In this document: positions 41,538-51,175 of the stretch, piece by piece
How positions within the stretch are numbered: position 1 is the first letter of the stretch
How the letters are laid out: each line of letters begins with the position of its first letter
NCBI GenBank assembly: GCA_038727515.1
Contig: JAVYVS010000001.1
Span: 448,001-512,000 of the forward strand
Direction: 5' to 3'
Source: Candidatus Methanomethylicia archaeon
Lineage (GTDB): Archaea > Thermoproteota > Methanomethylicia > Culexarchaeales > Culexarchaeaceae
Length of the DNA: 64,000 nucleotides
Translations under genes and position numbers: made by a program
The notes under the pieces: generated by a model
What the model saw: only the letters and a program-made list of their open reading frames with translations
The model's database searches: none
Told to the model about the DNA's origin: nothing

Positions 41538-43187
41538 AGGTTTATGTCTTAAAACTTTACCAGGCTTTAAACCTGTATGAACACCTTTATCTACAACTAT
41601 TACACCATTAACAATAACATATTCTATCCCCTTAGGGAAAGATTGAGGATTGAAATATGTTGCAGTATCACTAATTAAATCATAATTGAATATAACTATA
41701 TCAGCCCAAAATCCTTCACGAATTAAACCTCTATCAAAAATACTAAGTCTACTAGCTGGTATAGATGTCATCTTCATAATAGCAGTTTCAAGAGACATTA
41801 TTTTAGATCCACAATCATAATTTAATTCACTTCTAGATTCACCCTTAACATACTTCCTTATAACCATTGGGAAAGTTCCATAACTCCTAGGATGAGCAGC
41901 TTCTTTAAACAATACTCCACGTGGACTTAAAGCATAACCATCAGACCCAACCATAGAAAATGGACTTAAAGCAACATTCCTAATATCATTCTCATCATAA
42001 TAAAATCCCATAATACTACCACTCAAATTCTCCTCCAATAATATATCAAAATATGCTTCAAAGGGATCTACACCCCTCAATTTAGCAATTTCCTCAAAAT
42101 TCATACCAATAAGATCCCTATTCCTATTGCATTCACTTAAATAGATCATATTCCATAAACCCCTTTTAATAAGTCCACATGGACCTGGACCTGGAATAGG
42201 CTCTAAAATCATATCCTCCTTAATTTTAGTTCTTAAATCTGGATCTCTTAATCTTGAAATAATCTTATTTAATCCACCTTCTTGAGCCCATGCTGGAAGC
42301 AATGCACTAAGACTTGTTGAACCTGCAATATATGGATGAAAATCACATGCAACATCTAAACCTCTTTTACGAGCTTCTTCAATAATTCTTAATGTTTCTA
42401 TAGATTTACCGAAGGCACCAATTTTAGGTGGATGATGAGATATTTGAACTCTAACACCAGATTTCTCAGCTATATAAATGGCTTCATTTAAAGCATCTAT
42501 AATTGTTTCACGTTCACCTCTAATATGAGTTGCATATAAACCATTATATTCAGAAACAACTTTACATAATTCCACAAGTTCTTCAGTTTTAGCAAATCTA
42601 CCAGGAGCATAAACTAAACCACTAGACATACCAAAAGCTCCATCTTCAAGAGACTCTTTAAGTATAGCCTTCATTTCCTCTAATTCACTTAAACTTGGGC
42701 TGCGAGCTTCAAAATCCATAACACAAGACCTTATTTGACCATGCCCAACAAGCATAGCAACATTAATTGAAACACCATTACTTTCCATAATAGACAAATA
42801 TTCATCTACACTACTCCATGTGAGATTTAAATTATATTCACTAAGCCTTCTAAGCATACGATTAATAGCAAAATCCCCGATAACTGGAGCTGCAGAACTA
42901 CCACAATTACCCACAACCTCCAATGTAACGCCCTGCATAACTTTACTTTCAGCAAGTGGATCTACAAGTAATGTAACATCAGAATGACTATGAATATCAA
43001 TAAAACCAGGTGAAACAATTAAACCATTTGCATCAATGATTCTATCAGCTTTAAAAACTTCATGTTTAGAGATAGCGGAAATAATACCATCTTTAATTGC
43101 AATATTAGCTTTAAACCATGGATTACCGCAACCATCAATAACAATACCATTAAGTATTGCAATATCATATAACCCATGAGAATGCAT
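41520..43187 (-). CDS. N-acyl-D-amino-acid deacylase (D-aminoacylase)
   Basis: PGFIDIHSHSD, GNCG, GLVYAPG, THIR, SHH, GSDG and HPRSYGTFP motifs. Confidence 0.92.
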   Translation of the reverse strand: MHSHGLYDIAILNGIVIDGCGNPWFKANIAIKDGIISAISKHEVFKADRIIDANGLIVSPGFIDIHSHSDVTLLVDPLAESKVMQGVTLEVVGNCGSSAAPVIGDFAINRMLRRLSEYNLNLTWSSVDEYLSIMESNGVSINVAMLVGHGQIRSCVMDFEARSPSLSELEEMKAILKESLEDGAFGMSSGLVYAPGRFAKTEELVELCKVVSEYNGLYATHIRGERETIIDALNEAIYIAEKSGVRVQISHHPPKIGAFGKSIETLRIIEEARKRGLDVACDFHPYIAGSTSLSALLPAWAQEGGLNKIISRLRDPDLRTKIKEDMILEPIPGPGPCGLIKRGLWNMIYLSECNRNRDLIGMNFEEIAKLRGVDPFEAYFDILLEENLSGSIMGFYYDENDIRNVALSPFSMVGSDGYALSPRGVLFKEAAHPRSYGTFPMVIRKYVKGESRSELNYDCGSKIMSLETAIMKMTSIPASRLSIFDRGLIREGFWADIVIFNYDLISDTATYFNPQSFPKGIEYVIVNGVIVVDKGVHTGLKPGKVLRHKPLFMKY

Positions 43188-43257
43188 AATGAATATTATG
43201 AAAATTAACATTAATAAATATTGATCTACTTAAACTCTACATGTTAGGTAACATTAC

Positions 43258-43407
43258 CTATTTCTTCCAAGGATTCTCATTAGTAGTTATTCCACAATGT
43301 TTACACTGCCAATAATATTCTATACCAAGTATCCTACCATTTTTATCAGTAATATACTTTGGATGTCTAATCCATTCATGAACACACTTCTTACTAGATT
43401 TTGACAC
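43258..43407 (-). CDS. Small zinc-ribbon protein (49 aa), not in the ORF track
   Basis: GGTGAGGTG RBS, then GTG: MSKSSKKCVHEWIRHPKYITDKNGRILGIEYYWQCKHCGITTNENPWKK*; CxH...CxxC. Confidence 0.75.
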   Translation of the reverse strand: MSKSSKKCVHEWIRHPKYITDKNGRILGIEYYWQCKHCGITTNENPWKK

Positions 43408-43465
43408 GGCACCTCACCATGAAATTACAATCCTACATGTACTAGGAGACTTAAATATTTTTTGG

Positions 43466-45232
43466 TTATAAAAATTTTGAAAGTATATTCATTAAAACTT
43501 GTAATATTAAGGAGCTAGTCATAATACCAGTAGCTATTATACTACCCTTCTCCTTAAAGAATTCTTTACCAAACCTTCTATCAGTATACCATCTAATTAA
43601 ACCTCCAATACCCATGGGAACAATATAATGTGGTGGTAGAAGCATACCCATAGCTACACCAAACATAGAAATTGGAGTAAACAATTCTAGGAGAGCTCCA
43701 AGTATACCACCACCAATAAAGAGAAATGGATTAATAATTGTACCAATATTACCGCCAACAAGCATTCCAAGATAAGCTCTTATTTGAATAAATGAAATAG
43801 CAGGCATTAAGGTATTGCCAAACCCTATATACAACCATAAAATTAAAGTGAAAATTATACTAGAGATAAATGTTGGAATCCAACCAAGCAATTTAGCTTT
43901 AATAATATCACTCCAAGAAACATCAAATTTATCCCTATACTTATAGTATGGAAGTACACCATTGGAAATCCATGCACTAGGTCTAAAGAAACTTGAAACC
44001 CAATATCCAGGATAACTCCTATAACCAAGACTAAATAATGGCATATCATAAAGCAATATACCAATCATACCCATACCCATGCCCGTTTCACCAGACATTC
44101 TAGTAATAATTATACACTCAATAAAACTACCCAATAGAAACATGTATGCAACGAACAATACAGAGATAAATGATGGAAATGGATATAAGGGATTAAGAAA
44201 CCATGCTAAAATTAGAGTCAATGAAAATATTACTAGGAAAATTAATCCGAAAAATCTATTGGATAAAAGGAATTTTATAAAAATCTTATATAATTGAATA
44301 TACCCCAACCTATCACTTGATTTTTCATTAGACTTCCTACCCTTAATAAACATTAAAATAGATAGTAAACCTCCCCCAAGAAGCAATATTCCAAGTGATG
44401 GAGATATGGAGAAAGCCATAAGTAGAGAATTATATGAAGTCATAGGATCTAGAGAAGGCTTAAATAAACCATATAAGGCAAGTATTGGTGATATAAGTAG
44501 ATAGGTTATTAAACCAAAAAGTAGCAAACTTAATGATACATCAACATTAATTATATATCCAATAGCTATAAAACCGAGGCTGAAGGATATAGCCATAATC
44601 ATCCCATAGGGTAGAATTGGAGTTAAATTTAGAATGGTGATATCATAATCCCAAAAAAGTGGTAGGTATTGTATAAATGTTATCAAACCACCTATGAGAG
44701 CAGATAATCCAACAAGTCTAGCATGTCCACCACCTTTCAAACATACATCCACTAAAGTTGCTTCAACAGAAGTGTAAGGCCATATCATCCTCCTATCATT
44801 AATTAATGCTTCCCTCAAAGAATAAGTGAATATTAAACCTCCAATACATGTAATTAAAGTTCCAATGGAAAAGAATAGTATAGGTGGAATTAGAGAGGAG
44901 ATGTCAATACATCTATTTAAAATGGAATTCATAGATGGAGACATCCAAAATGGCAAAGAAATACGTTCATTCTCAATCAAATATAATATGAAACCGAAAA
45001 CATTATAAATAGCCATGGAAGAAGAACTTGCAATTAAAACTACAGATAATTCACGTCTACTAGAACCGCCACTAACCTTATGAAAAAGTGCATATGCAAT
45101 AGCTATAGCAACAGCACCAAAACCAAAACTCATACCCAAATTAATACTCAAATATCCATTTATGAAACTAAATAAAAGGGCTAAAATAATACTCAAAAAA
45201 ATAGACCTTAAACTAAATCCGCCGATGATCAA
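43466..45232 (-). CDS. OPT/YSL family oligopeptide transporter
   Basis: Many TM helices; LINDRRMIWP, GETG, and C-terminal GMLLPP...GGLIR...ATG typical of OPT. Confidence 0.8.
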   Translation of the reverse strand: MIIGGFSLRSIFLSIILALLFSFINGYLSINLGMSFGFGAVAIAIAYALFHKVSGGSSRRELSVVLIASSSSMAIYNVFGFILYLIENERISLPFWMSPSMNSILNRCIDISSLIPPILFFSIGTLITCIGGLIFTYSLREALINDRRMIWPYTSVEATLVDVCLKGGGHARLVGLSALIGGLITFIQYLPLFWDYDITILNLTPILPYGMIMAISFSLGFIAIGYIINVDVSLSLLLFGLITYLLISPILALYGLFKPSLDPMTSYNSLLMAFSISPSLGILLLGGGLLSILMFIKGRKSNEKSSDRLGYIQLYKIFIKFLLSNRFFGLIFLVIFSLTLILAWFLNPLYPFPSFISVLFVAYMFLLGSFIECIIITRMSGETGMGMGMIGILLYDMPLFSLGYRSYPGYWVSSFFRPSAWISNGVLPYYKYRDKFDVSWSDIIKAKLLGWIPTFISSIIFTLILWLYIGFGNTLMPAISFIQIRAYLGMLVGGNIGTIINPFLFIGGGILGALLELFTPISMFGVAMGMLLPPHYIVPMGIGGLIRWYTDRRFGKEFFKEKGSIIATGIMTSSLILQVLMNILSKFL

Positions 45233-45360
45233 CTAAACACCAAAGAAAAACAACGTTTGTATAAAAATATTAAGATTGCTTACGAAAAGTGATCAAAAAA
45301 TGAGCAAAATATTATCTCTAATATTTCTTCTATTCCATGAAAATTTAAATAATTATAAAG

Positions 45361-46212
45361 TTAATATGAAAAGAATATATTTAAACCAATTTCTTTAGAA
45401 TATTCAGTTAACTTGTTTTTCATAAAATTATAATACTTATTATACCCATAAATTAGAATTCTTCTAATAGAATCTCTATGATGTATTGGTAGAAAAGATG
45501 TAAGATCATTTATGTATTTAAGTGAATCTCCATGTATATTAAGCCTATCTACAACAACATATTCAACACCTACTTCAACCAATTTATTCATTAAATCATA
45601 AACGTATTTTTCATTCAATGGCATTAATGGAGCAATAAAGGCATAAGTTTTAATTCCAGAATCACGTAAAGTCTTGATGGCTTTAATTCTTTCCATTACA
45701 GGTGGAGTTTTAGGTTCAAATTTAACTCTTAAATCTTCATTTAAATTTATGAATGAAAAACCAGCGTATATATTATTAAATTTTGACAATATATCTAAAT
45801 CTCTTAATATCAATGGCGATTTAGTTAAAATATATATTTCAAAATTACTTTTAAGCAGAAGCTCCAAGATTCTACGTGTAATCATAAATTTACTCTCAAG
45901 AGGTTGATATGGATCAGTAATACTACTAATCAAAACTCTACCATTAGAATTACGTTTCAATTCCCTAATTAAAACTCTAGGTGCATTAATTTTAGCATAA
46001 ACATATTCACCCCAAGGCATATCCCTAAATTTATATCCAACATAGAATCTCCCATAACAATACCTACATCCATGTTCACAACCAATATATGGATTAATGG
46101 AATAATCAATATCATAAAGCAAACTTTTATTTAAAACAGATTTACAATAAATTTCACCAATCTTCAATTCAACCAATAAATTATTTGAATAGATAGATTT
46201 ATTTATATGCAT
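45361..46212 (-). CDS. SplB-like radical SAM protein (DNA repair photolyase family)
   Basis: INPYIGCEHGCRYCY, SSITDPYQPLE, LTKS and FEP motifs; true start probably near 46167-46176. Confidence 0.88.
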   Translation of the reverse strand: MHINKSIYSNNLLVELKIGEIYCKSVLNKSLLYDIDYSINPYIGCEHGCRYCYGRFYVGYKFRDMPWGEYVYAKINAPRVLIRELKRNSNGRVLISSITDPYQPLESKFMITRRILELLLKSNFEIYILTKSPLILRDLDILSKFNNIYAGFSFINLNEDLRVKFEPKTPPVMERIKAIKTLRDSGIKTYAFIAPLMPLNEKYVYDLMNKLVEVGVEYVVVDRLNIHGDSLKYINDLTSFLPIHHRDSIRRILIYGYNKYYNFMKNKLTEYSKEIGLNIFFSY

Positions 46213-46234
46213 ATAGTGGGAAAAGGTATTTGGA

Positions 46235-47608
46235 ATGAAGGAAGATCATGAAAAGAGGAAATTTGTGAAGAAGGTTAAGAGGAAGATACCATGGATTGAA
46301 CAATTAATAGAAAACTATAGAGATGCATTAGACTTAAACACGATAGATGTAGAAATAAGCATTAGAAGTAAAAATATGAATTTATGTATATATTGCAGGG
46401 GGGCACATAATCTATGTGGTAAAATTAGATGCCCAATAACTATAAAACTATATTCATACCTTAAAAATAGAGTTAAAATACATGGAATTAATATTGAAGG
46501 ATCATCACCACCAGGAGTTTTTGTAGGGAGATATGGATATCCCAATGTTCAAATGGGACCATTAATACCACCAGTAATTGGGAATACAGAAATATACGAT
46601 TATCCAGAGAAATGGCTTGGAATGAGCTTAGAAGATATAGTGGATATAAGGCTGCAGCTAATTAGAAGTAGATTTCAAATAAACGTAAAGAGAATTGAAG
46701 ATAAAAATAGAAATTTAGAGATAACACAAGAAATATCTCTATCACAAAGACCAGTAGATGCAGAAGTACAATTTTTAAAACCACCTGGAAGTAGGATATT
46801 ATTGGATGATGAAATACAACCAATTGGACCTTCAGCACCAATAAACAAGATAATAGTATCAAATGTAAGTGTAAATCCAATAATGGAGAAAATTTATTAT
46901 GATTATGATTTAAAAGCTTCAGAAGCAATCATGGAATTATTCAAATATAACATACCAGTAAGCAATATACAGAGGGTATTAAGTGTTGGAGTACTTGGTG
47001 TTAAAAGGGATAGGAGAATAGTTCCAACGAGATGGAGTATAACGGCTGTAGATAGTACGATTTCAAGGAGATTGAGGGATGAAAAGATTAAGAGAAATCC
47101 ATTGATAAATGAATATCGAGTATATGAATCAGAACTTCTTGGAAATAAATTCTTAGTAATAATGTTTCCAGATGCATGGCAATATGAATTTATGGAGGCA
47201 TGGTATCCTGGAACAGCATGGAATCCAGATATGAATATGATAGCAATAGGTGGAGATTACGAACCATATGAGGGTAGAACTACCTATGCTCAAATAGGTG
47301 GATGCTATTATGCAGCTAGATTAGCAACAACAGAATACCTTGAGAAAGAGGGTAGACAAGCGGCAGTACTAATATTTAGAGAAGCATACCCAGAATACAT
47401 ATTACCATTAGGTGTATGGGTTGTAAGAGAAGGAGTTAGAAAAGCCTATAAAAACAAACCACTGAAATTTAACACTATAGAAGAAGCATTAAAATATGCT
47501 TCAACTAGATTAAAGATAGATATGAAATATTGGCTTGAAGAAAGTAAATTGTTAAGAAATGAAATTGGCCAAAAGAAGATTTTAGATTATATTAAGCGCA
47601 AACTTTGA
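46235..47608 (+). CDS. nreA: Nre family DNA repair protein
   Basis: CxxC...CG-x-x-x-CP, GSSPP-x-VFVG-x-x-GYP, VPTRWSITAVD, GGCYYAARL, C-terminal PIP box QKKILDYI (47570-47593). Confidence 0.93.
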   Translation: MKEDHEKRKFVKKVKRKIPWIEQLIENYRDALDLNTIDVEISIRSKNMNLCIYCRGAHNLCGKIRCPITIKLYSYLKNRVKIHGINIEGSSPPGVFVGRYGYPNVQMGPLIPPVIGNTEIYDYPEKWLGMSLEDIVDIRLQLIRSRFQINVKRIEDKNRNLEITQEISLSQRPVDAEVQFLKPPGSRILLDDEIQPIGPSAPINKIIVSNVSVNPIMEKIYYDYDLKASEAIMELFKYNIPVSNIQRVLSVGVLGVKRDRRIVPTRWSITAVDSTISRRLRDEKIKRNPLINEYRVYESELLGNKFLVIMFPDAWQYEFMEAWYPGTAWNPDMNMIAIGGDYEPYEGRTTYAQIGGCYYAARLATTEYLEKEGRQAAVLIFREAYPEYILPLGVWVVREGVRKAYKNKPLKFNTIEEALKYASTRLKIDMKYWLEESKLLRNEIGQKKILDYIKRKL

Positions 47609-48171
47609 AGATTTAAATTTATAGTTAAATCCATTAAGTTCATTAGGAATTTGGTCATTTCACGTTCATTAATTGAAATACCCGTAGAAAATTTATCTTC
47701 AATAAAACCATTAAAATAGGCATTCCCAATAAATGTTTTACATAATTTAAGAGCATCAACTATCAACCCCAAATCTCCAATATGATAATAAATGCTAACA
47801 TCATTTATAATTAGAATGTTACTTGGGTTATCAATGAAGTCTTTGAGTGCACTCTCACATCTAAACCTATTAATCTTAGCATACATTAAAACCTCATCTC
47901 TACATTTACCGAGTATCCTAGGAGGATAAGTATCAACATCAACATATCTCTTAACAAGATTTTGATGAAAAGAATACTCAATAAGTTTACCACCAACCCT
48001 CCTACCAGAATGATATATGGAGATAGGAGCAAAATCCAATATTGTAATTTCACTTCCAAAACCAAGTTCTATAAATTTATTAACAATATTTAATGTTAAT
48101 ATGGTTTTACCAGAACCAACATCACCAACTAATAGAATCCTCTTACCAAGGAGATCAGAAGCTCTAAACAT
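47587..48171 (-). CDS. Uncharacterised small P-loop NTPase
   Basis: GDVGSGKT Walker A; ILIINDVSIY atypical Walker B. Confidence 0.75.
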   Translation of the reverse strand: MFRASDLLGKRILLVGDVGSGKTILTLNIVNKFIELGFGSEITILDFAPISIYHSGRRVGGKLIEYSFHQNLVKRYVDVDTYPPRILGKCRDEVLMYAKINRFRCESALKDFIDNPSNILIINDVSIYYHIGDLGLIVDALKLCKTFIGNAYFNGFIEDKFSTGISINEREMTKFLMNLMDLTINLNLQSLRLI

Positions 48172-48179
48172 AAATCATT

Positions 48180-48197
48180 ATATTACAATAGTAATAT
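48180..48197. promoter_or_regulatory. Palindromic candidate operator upstream of thiW
   Basis: atattac-aata-gtaatat directly abutting a TTTAAAAA TATA-like box. Confidence 0.4.
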
Positions 48198-48245
48198 TTA
48201 AAAATTTATCATATATATTTCAATACTTCAGTGAGGTAACTATAC

Positions 48246-48728
48246 ATGTACATGGAGCGCTCATATGCTAAAAAGATTATTTTGACATCAATATTCTCAG
48301 GGATCTCAATATTGTTAAGCTATTTCAATATACCCATAGGAGTCATGAAGATCCTTCCCTTTCAACATATGGTGAATGCTATTGCAGGGGTGATTATAGG
48401 GCCATTTTATGCTGCAATAGCTGCCACCATAACCGGTGTAGTTAGAAATATGCTTGGCACTGGAACTATATTCGCATTTCCAGGGGGGATACCGGGAGCG
48501 ATCATTGTGGGATTAACATATAGAATTGTTAAACGTGAAGAGGCAGCATTAATAGAGCCTGTGGGAACATTTATTGGTGCATTACTGAGTCCAATAGTGG
48601 CTGGAATAGCCTTGGGAAAGACTATTGATGCCATAGTGTTCATAATACCATTCTTAGCAAGTAGTATACCTGGATCAATCTTAGGTTACATAATTTTAAA
48701 AGCGTTGAAGAAAAGTGGAGTATTATGA
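48246..48728 (+). CDS. thiW: ECF transporter S component ThiW (thiazole/thiamine precursor)
   Basis: PFQHMVNAIAG, RNMLGTGTIFAFPGGIPGA, EPVGT and SSIPG motifs. Confidence 0.93.
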   Translation: MYMERSYAKKIILTSIFSGISILLSYFNIPIGVMKILPFQHMVNAIAGVIIGPFYAAIAATITGVVRNMLGTGTIFAFPGGIPGAIIVGLTYRIVKREEAALIEPVGTFIGALLSPIVAGIALGKTIDAIVFIIPFLASSIPGSILGYIILKALKKSGVL

Positions 48729-48836
48729 GTATCCCTCAAAATTATACTTTACTTTAATTTGATTTTTGAAGTTTCTTTAGTTTGAATAGTTCCTTTTTAA
48801 TTGATCTAAAAGGTTATTTTCATATATTTTGTAGGC

Positions 48837-49760
48837 TTATATCTTCTTTCCTTTATTAACTAACTCATCTGGAGAAATTAAAACCATTGTAGGTTTGAAT
48901 ATTCCTTCATATTTCAACTTTTTTGCTGGGTTATTGATGATTATTAGTTCAGGTTTTTTAGTTGCATTGAAAACGACATATAGCCAATATTGTTCTTTAA
49001 ACCTTTTGGCCTTAGACCATTCATTGGGGGTTAGGGTTATGGAACCTATATCGGCTCTTGCTTTTACTTCGATGTATCTTATTTCATTTCTACCCTTTGA
49101 TATTATGTCGAAGCCTAGGTTTTCTTTGGATACATCTTCAGGTTCTCTGCCTTGGCTTTTCTCAAACTCCATGGCTACCTGCATGCCAGCTTTCTCAACT
49201 TCTTCTTTTGAAGTCTCTTCCCTTCCTTCAAGCATCTCTTCAGTTTCTTCTCTTTCTTTAAGCATTCTTTCATAACATAATTTTGAAACATTCTCCAAAA
49301 TATTTATAACTTTATCTGGTTCATTGGTATAAAGCCATAATACAGATCTTCTACCCTTCTTCAACCCAACATAACTATGCTTTAAATTAGTAAAAAATCT
49401 ATATTCAGGAGTTATATCAAGCCTCCTCCCCTTATTATCTATTACAGCTCTATCCGTAATCTTGTATATGGAGAATGTGGGTATGAAGGGGTATGGTGAA
49501 AACCACATAACAACAAATACCACTATCATAGCTAAAACATCGATAAACAAAAATAGTATGAATGCAAGTGTGAAGTAGAAGGATAATAAGCCTATAGCTC
49601 TTAAACGTCGATAATTCTTATCATTATTACTAAGTTCAACAGCATTCGTTTCATACAAAACTTTCTCTATTTCTTCAGGTTTTTCTTCATCAGATAATTC
49701 CTTAGAAGTCTCAGACTCATTCACCAAAATAAGACACCTAAAGAGATTCTGTAAATTCAT
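48837..49760 (-). CDS. Membrane protein fused to a C-terminal DUF3883 (PD-(D/E)xK-like nuclease) domain
   Basis: Two TM helices, a small beta domain, an acidic linker, then VEKAGMQVAMEFE...DVS...GFDI...IEVK...LTPNEW...YWLYVV; true start probably near 49724-49727. Confidence 0.8.
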   Translation of the reverse strand: MNLQNLFRCLILVNESETSKELSDEEKPEEIEKVLYETNAVELSNNDKNYRRLRAIGLLSFYFTLAFILFLFIDVLAMIVVFVVMWFSPYPFIPTFSIYKITDRAVIDNKGRRLDITPEYRFFTNLKHSYVGLKKGRRSVLWLYTNEPDKVINILENVSKLCYERMLKEREETEEMLEGREETSKEEVEKAGMQVAMEFEKSQGREPEDVSKENLGFDIISKGRNEIRYIEVKARADIGSITLTPNEWSKAKRFKEQYWLYVVFNATKKPELIIINNPAKKLKYEGIFKPTMVLISPDELVNKGKKI

Positions 49761-49773
49761 ATATATAAAATTG

Positions 49774-51060
49774 TTATAAAATTAATTCACCTTTTAAAAC
49801 ACCTGCTTTAATCCTTTCATCTTCAGAAGCTTTAAATAAATACTTTACCAATTCAACTTCTTCATTGGATAATGTTTTACCCCTCCTAGAATAGACTCTA
49901 CGCATAGTTTCCAATGCGGATTCAAGTTTAAGTTCATAGGATTTATTGATAAGAGTTTTAGCATATATTGTAAAGGATGGAACATCTTCATATACGTATC
50001 CAATTAAATGTGAAAAAACGCCTATACGTTTACCAGCAAAAATACCGCAATTAATTGAAGTTTTAACATGATCCCCTATAAAACTTCCAAGTTTATTAAG
50101 TCCAGTATCAACAATATTATTTCCAATTTTAACTCTAATGTTCCCATAAGTATTCTTTAAATCACTTGTAACTGTAAATGCACCTAAATTAACCCATTCA
50201 CCAACATAGGAATGACCTATAAAACTTGGATGATACATATTTACATATCCATGTAGAATTGAAGCTTCAACTTCCCCTCCAACTCTACAAGTATTACCGA
50301 TATTACTTCCAGCTCTAATCCTAGCACCAGCTAAGATAATGGTTTCATCACCAATATATGCTGGACCCTCAATTCTACATGGACCAAAGATTTTCACTCC
50401 AGAACCAATATATACAGGTCCCCCTCTAACATCAATATTCACATAACCTTCAATTTTCGAATTAGCACCAACATATATGTTTGATTTCGAACCATAAACG
50501 ACAGTTTTATCATCCAATTCACCAATTAAACCAGAAGATTTAAAATCAGCTTTCAAGAAATCTTCATTTAACGTTATTAGGTCCCATATATTCTCTAAAA
50601 GTACATGTTCATTTAATTGAATGAAATCACATTCACCATGAAGACTCCTTAAAATATTTGAATTAATTATCCCATTAATGGAATTAGAAATCACATATTC
50701 AAGTAGATAATATTTAAGTTTAGCTGCAACAATTCCACCACTTAAATCAGAAATTATAAAGTAATCTTTCTCAACACTAAGGGATTTTATAAAATTCAAT
50801 ACATCATTTTTGGGTATCAATCTACCATTAATCAGTAGAACATCATGATCATCAATAAAATTCACTTTAAAAGATTTATTCCTTAACTTTACAATGTTAC
50901 ATAAATAATCTCTAGTATAAAGTATTGCTTCTGAAGAGAAGAAATCACAAATATGCTTAAACACTGGATGAAAACCGATTTTTAATTCATAAATTGGTCT
51001 AATGATGGTTAAAGGATAGAAATTAATGTAGTTCTCATCTTCAAAAATCACAATTTTCAT
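49774..51060 (-). CDS. GlmU-related putative sugar nucleotidyltransferase / hexapeptide-repeat protein
   Basis: IFED...FYPLT-x-x-RP-x-x-EL, INGR, left-handed beta-helix repeats, GGEVE, FIGHSYVGEWVNLGA and SDLKNTY motifs. Confidence 0.88.
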   Translation of the reverse strand: MKIVIFEDENYINFYPLTIIRPIYELKIGFHPVFKHICDFFSSEAILYTRDYLCNIVKLRNKSFKVNFIDDHDVLLINGRLIPKNDVLNFIKSLSVEKDYFIISDLSGGIVAAKLKYYLLEYVISNSINGIINSNILRSLHGECDFIQLNEHVLLENIWDLITLNEDFLKADFKSSGLIGELDDKTVVYGSKSNIYVGANSKIEGYVNIDVRGGPVYIGSGVKIFGPCRIEGPAYIGDETIILAGARIRAGSNIGNTCRVGGEVEASILHGYVNMYHPSFIGHSYVGEWVNLGAFTVTSDLKNTYGNIRVKIGNNIVDTGLNKLGSFIGDHVKTSINCGIFAGKRIGVFSHLIGYVYEDVPSFTIYAKTLINKSYELKLESALETMRRVYSRRGKTLSNEEVELVKYLFKASEDERIKAGVLKGELIL

Positions 51061-51175
51061 AACAGTAAAATATCTAAACAAAGGTAGATAAAGATATTTC
51101 CAAGTAAAAATCAATACACTTTAAAATCTTGAGATAAATAAATATACTATTGAGAATTTAAAGGTGAATTAAAAT

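Noticed and set aside
48172-48245. TPP riboswitch upstream of thiW
   Set aside because: The spacer is too short and AT-rich, with no CTGAGA core.
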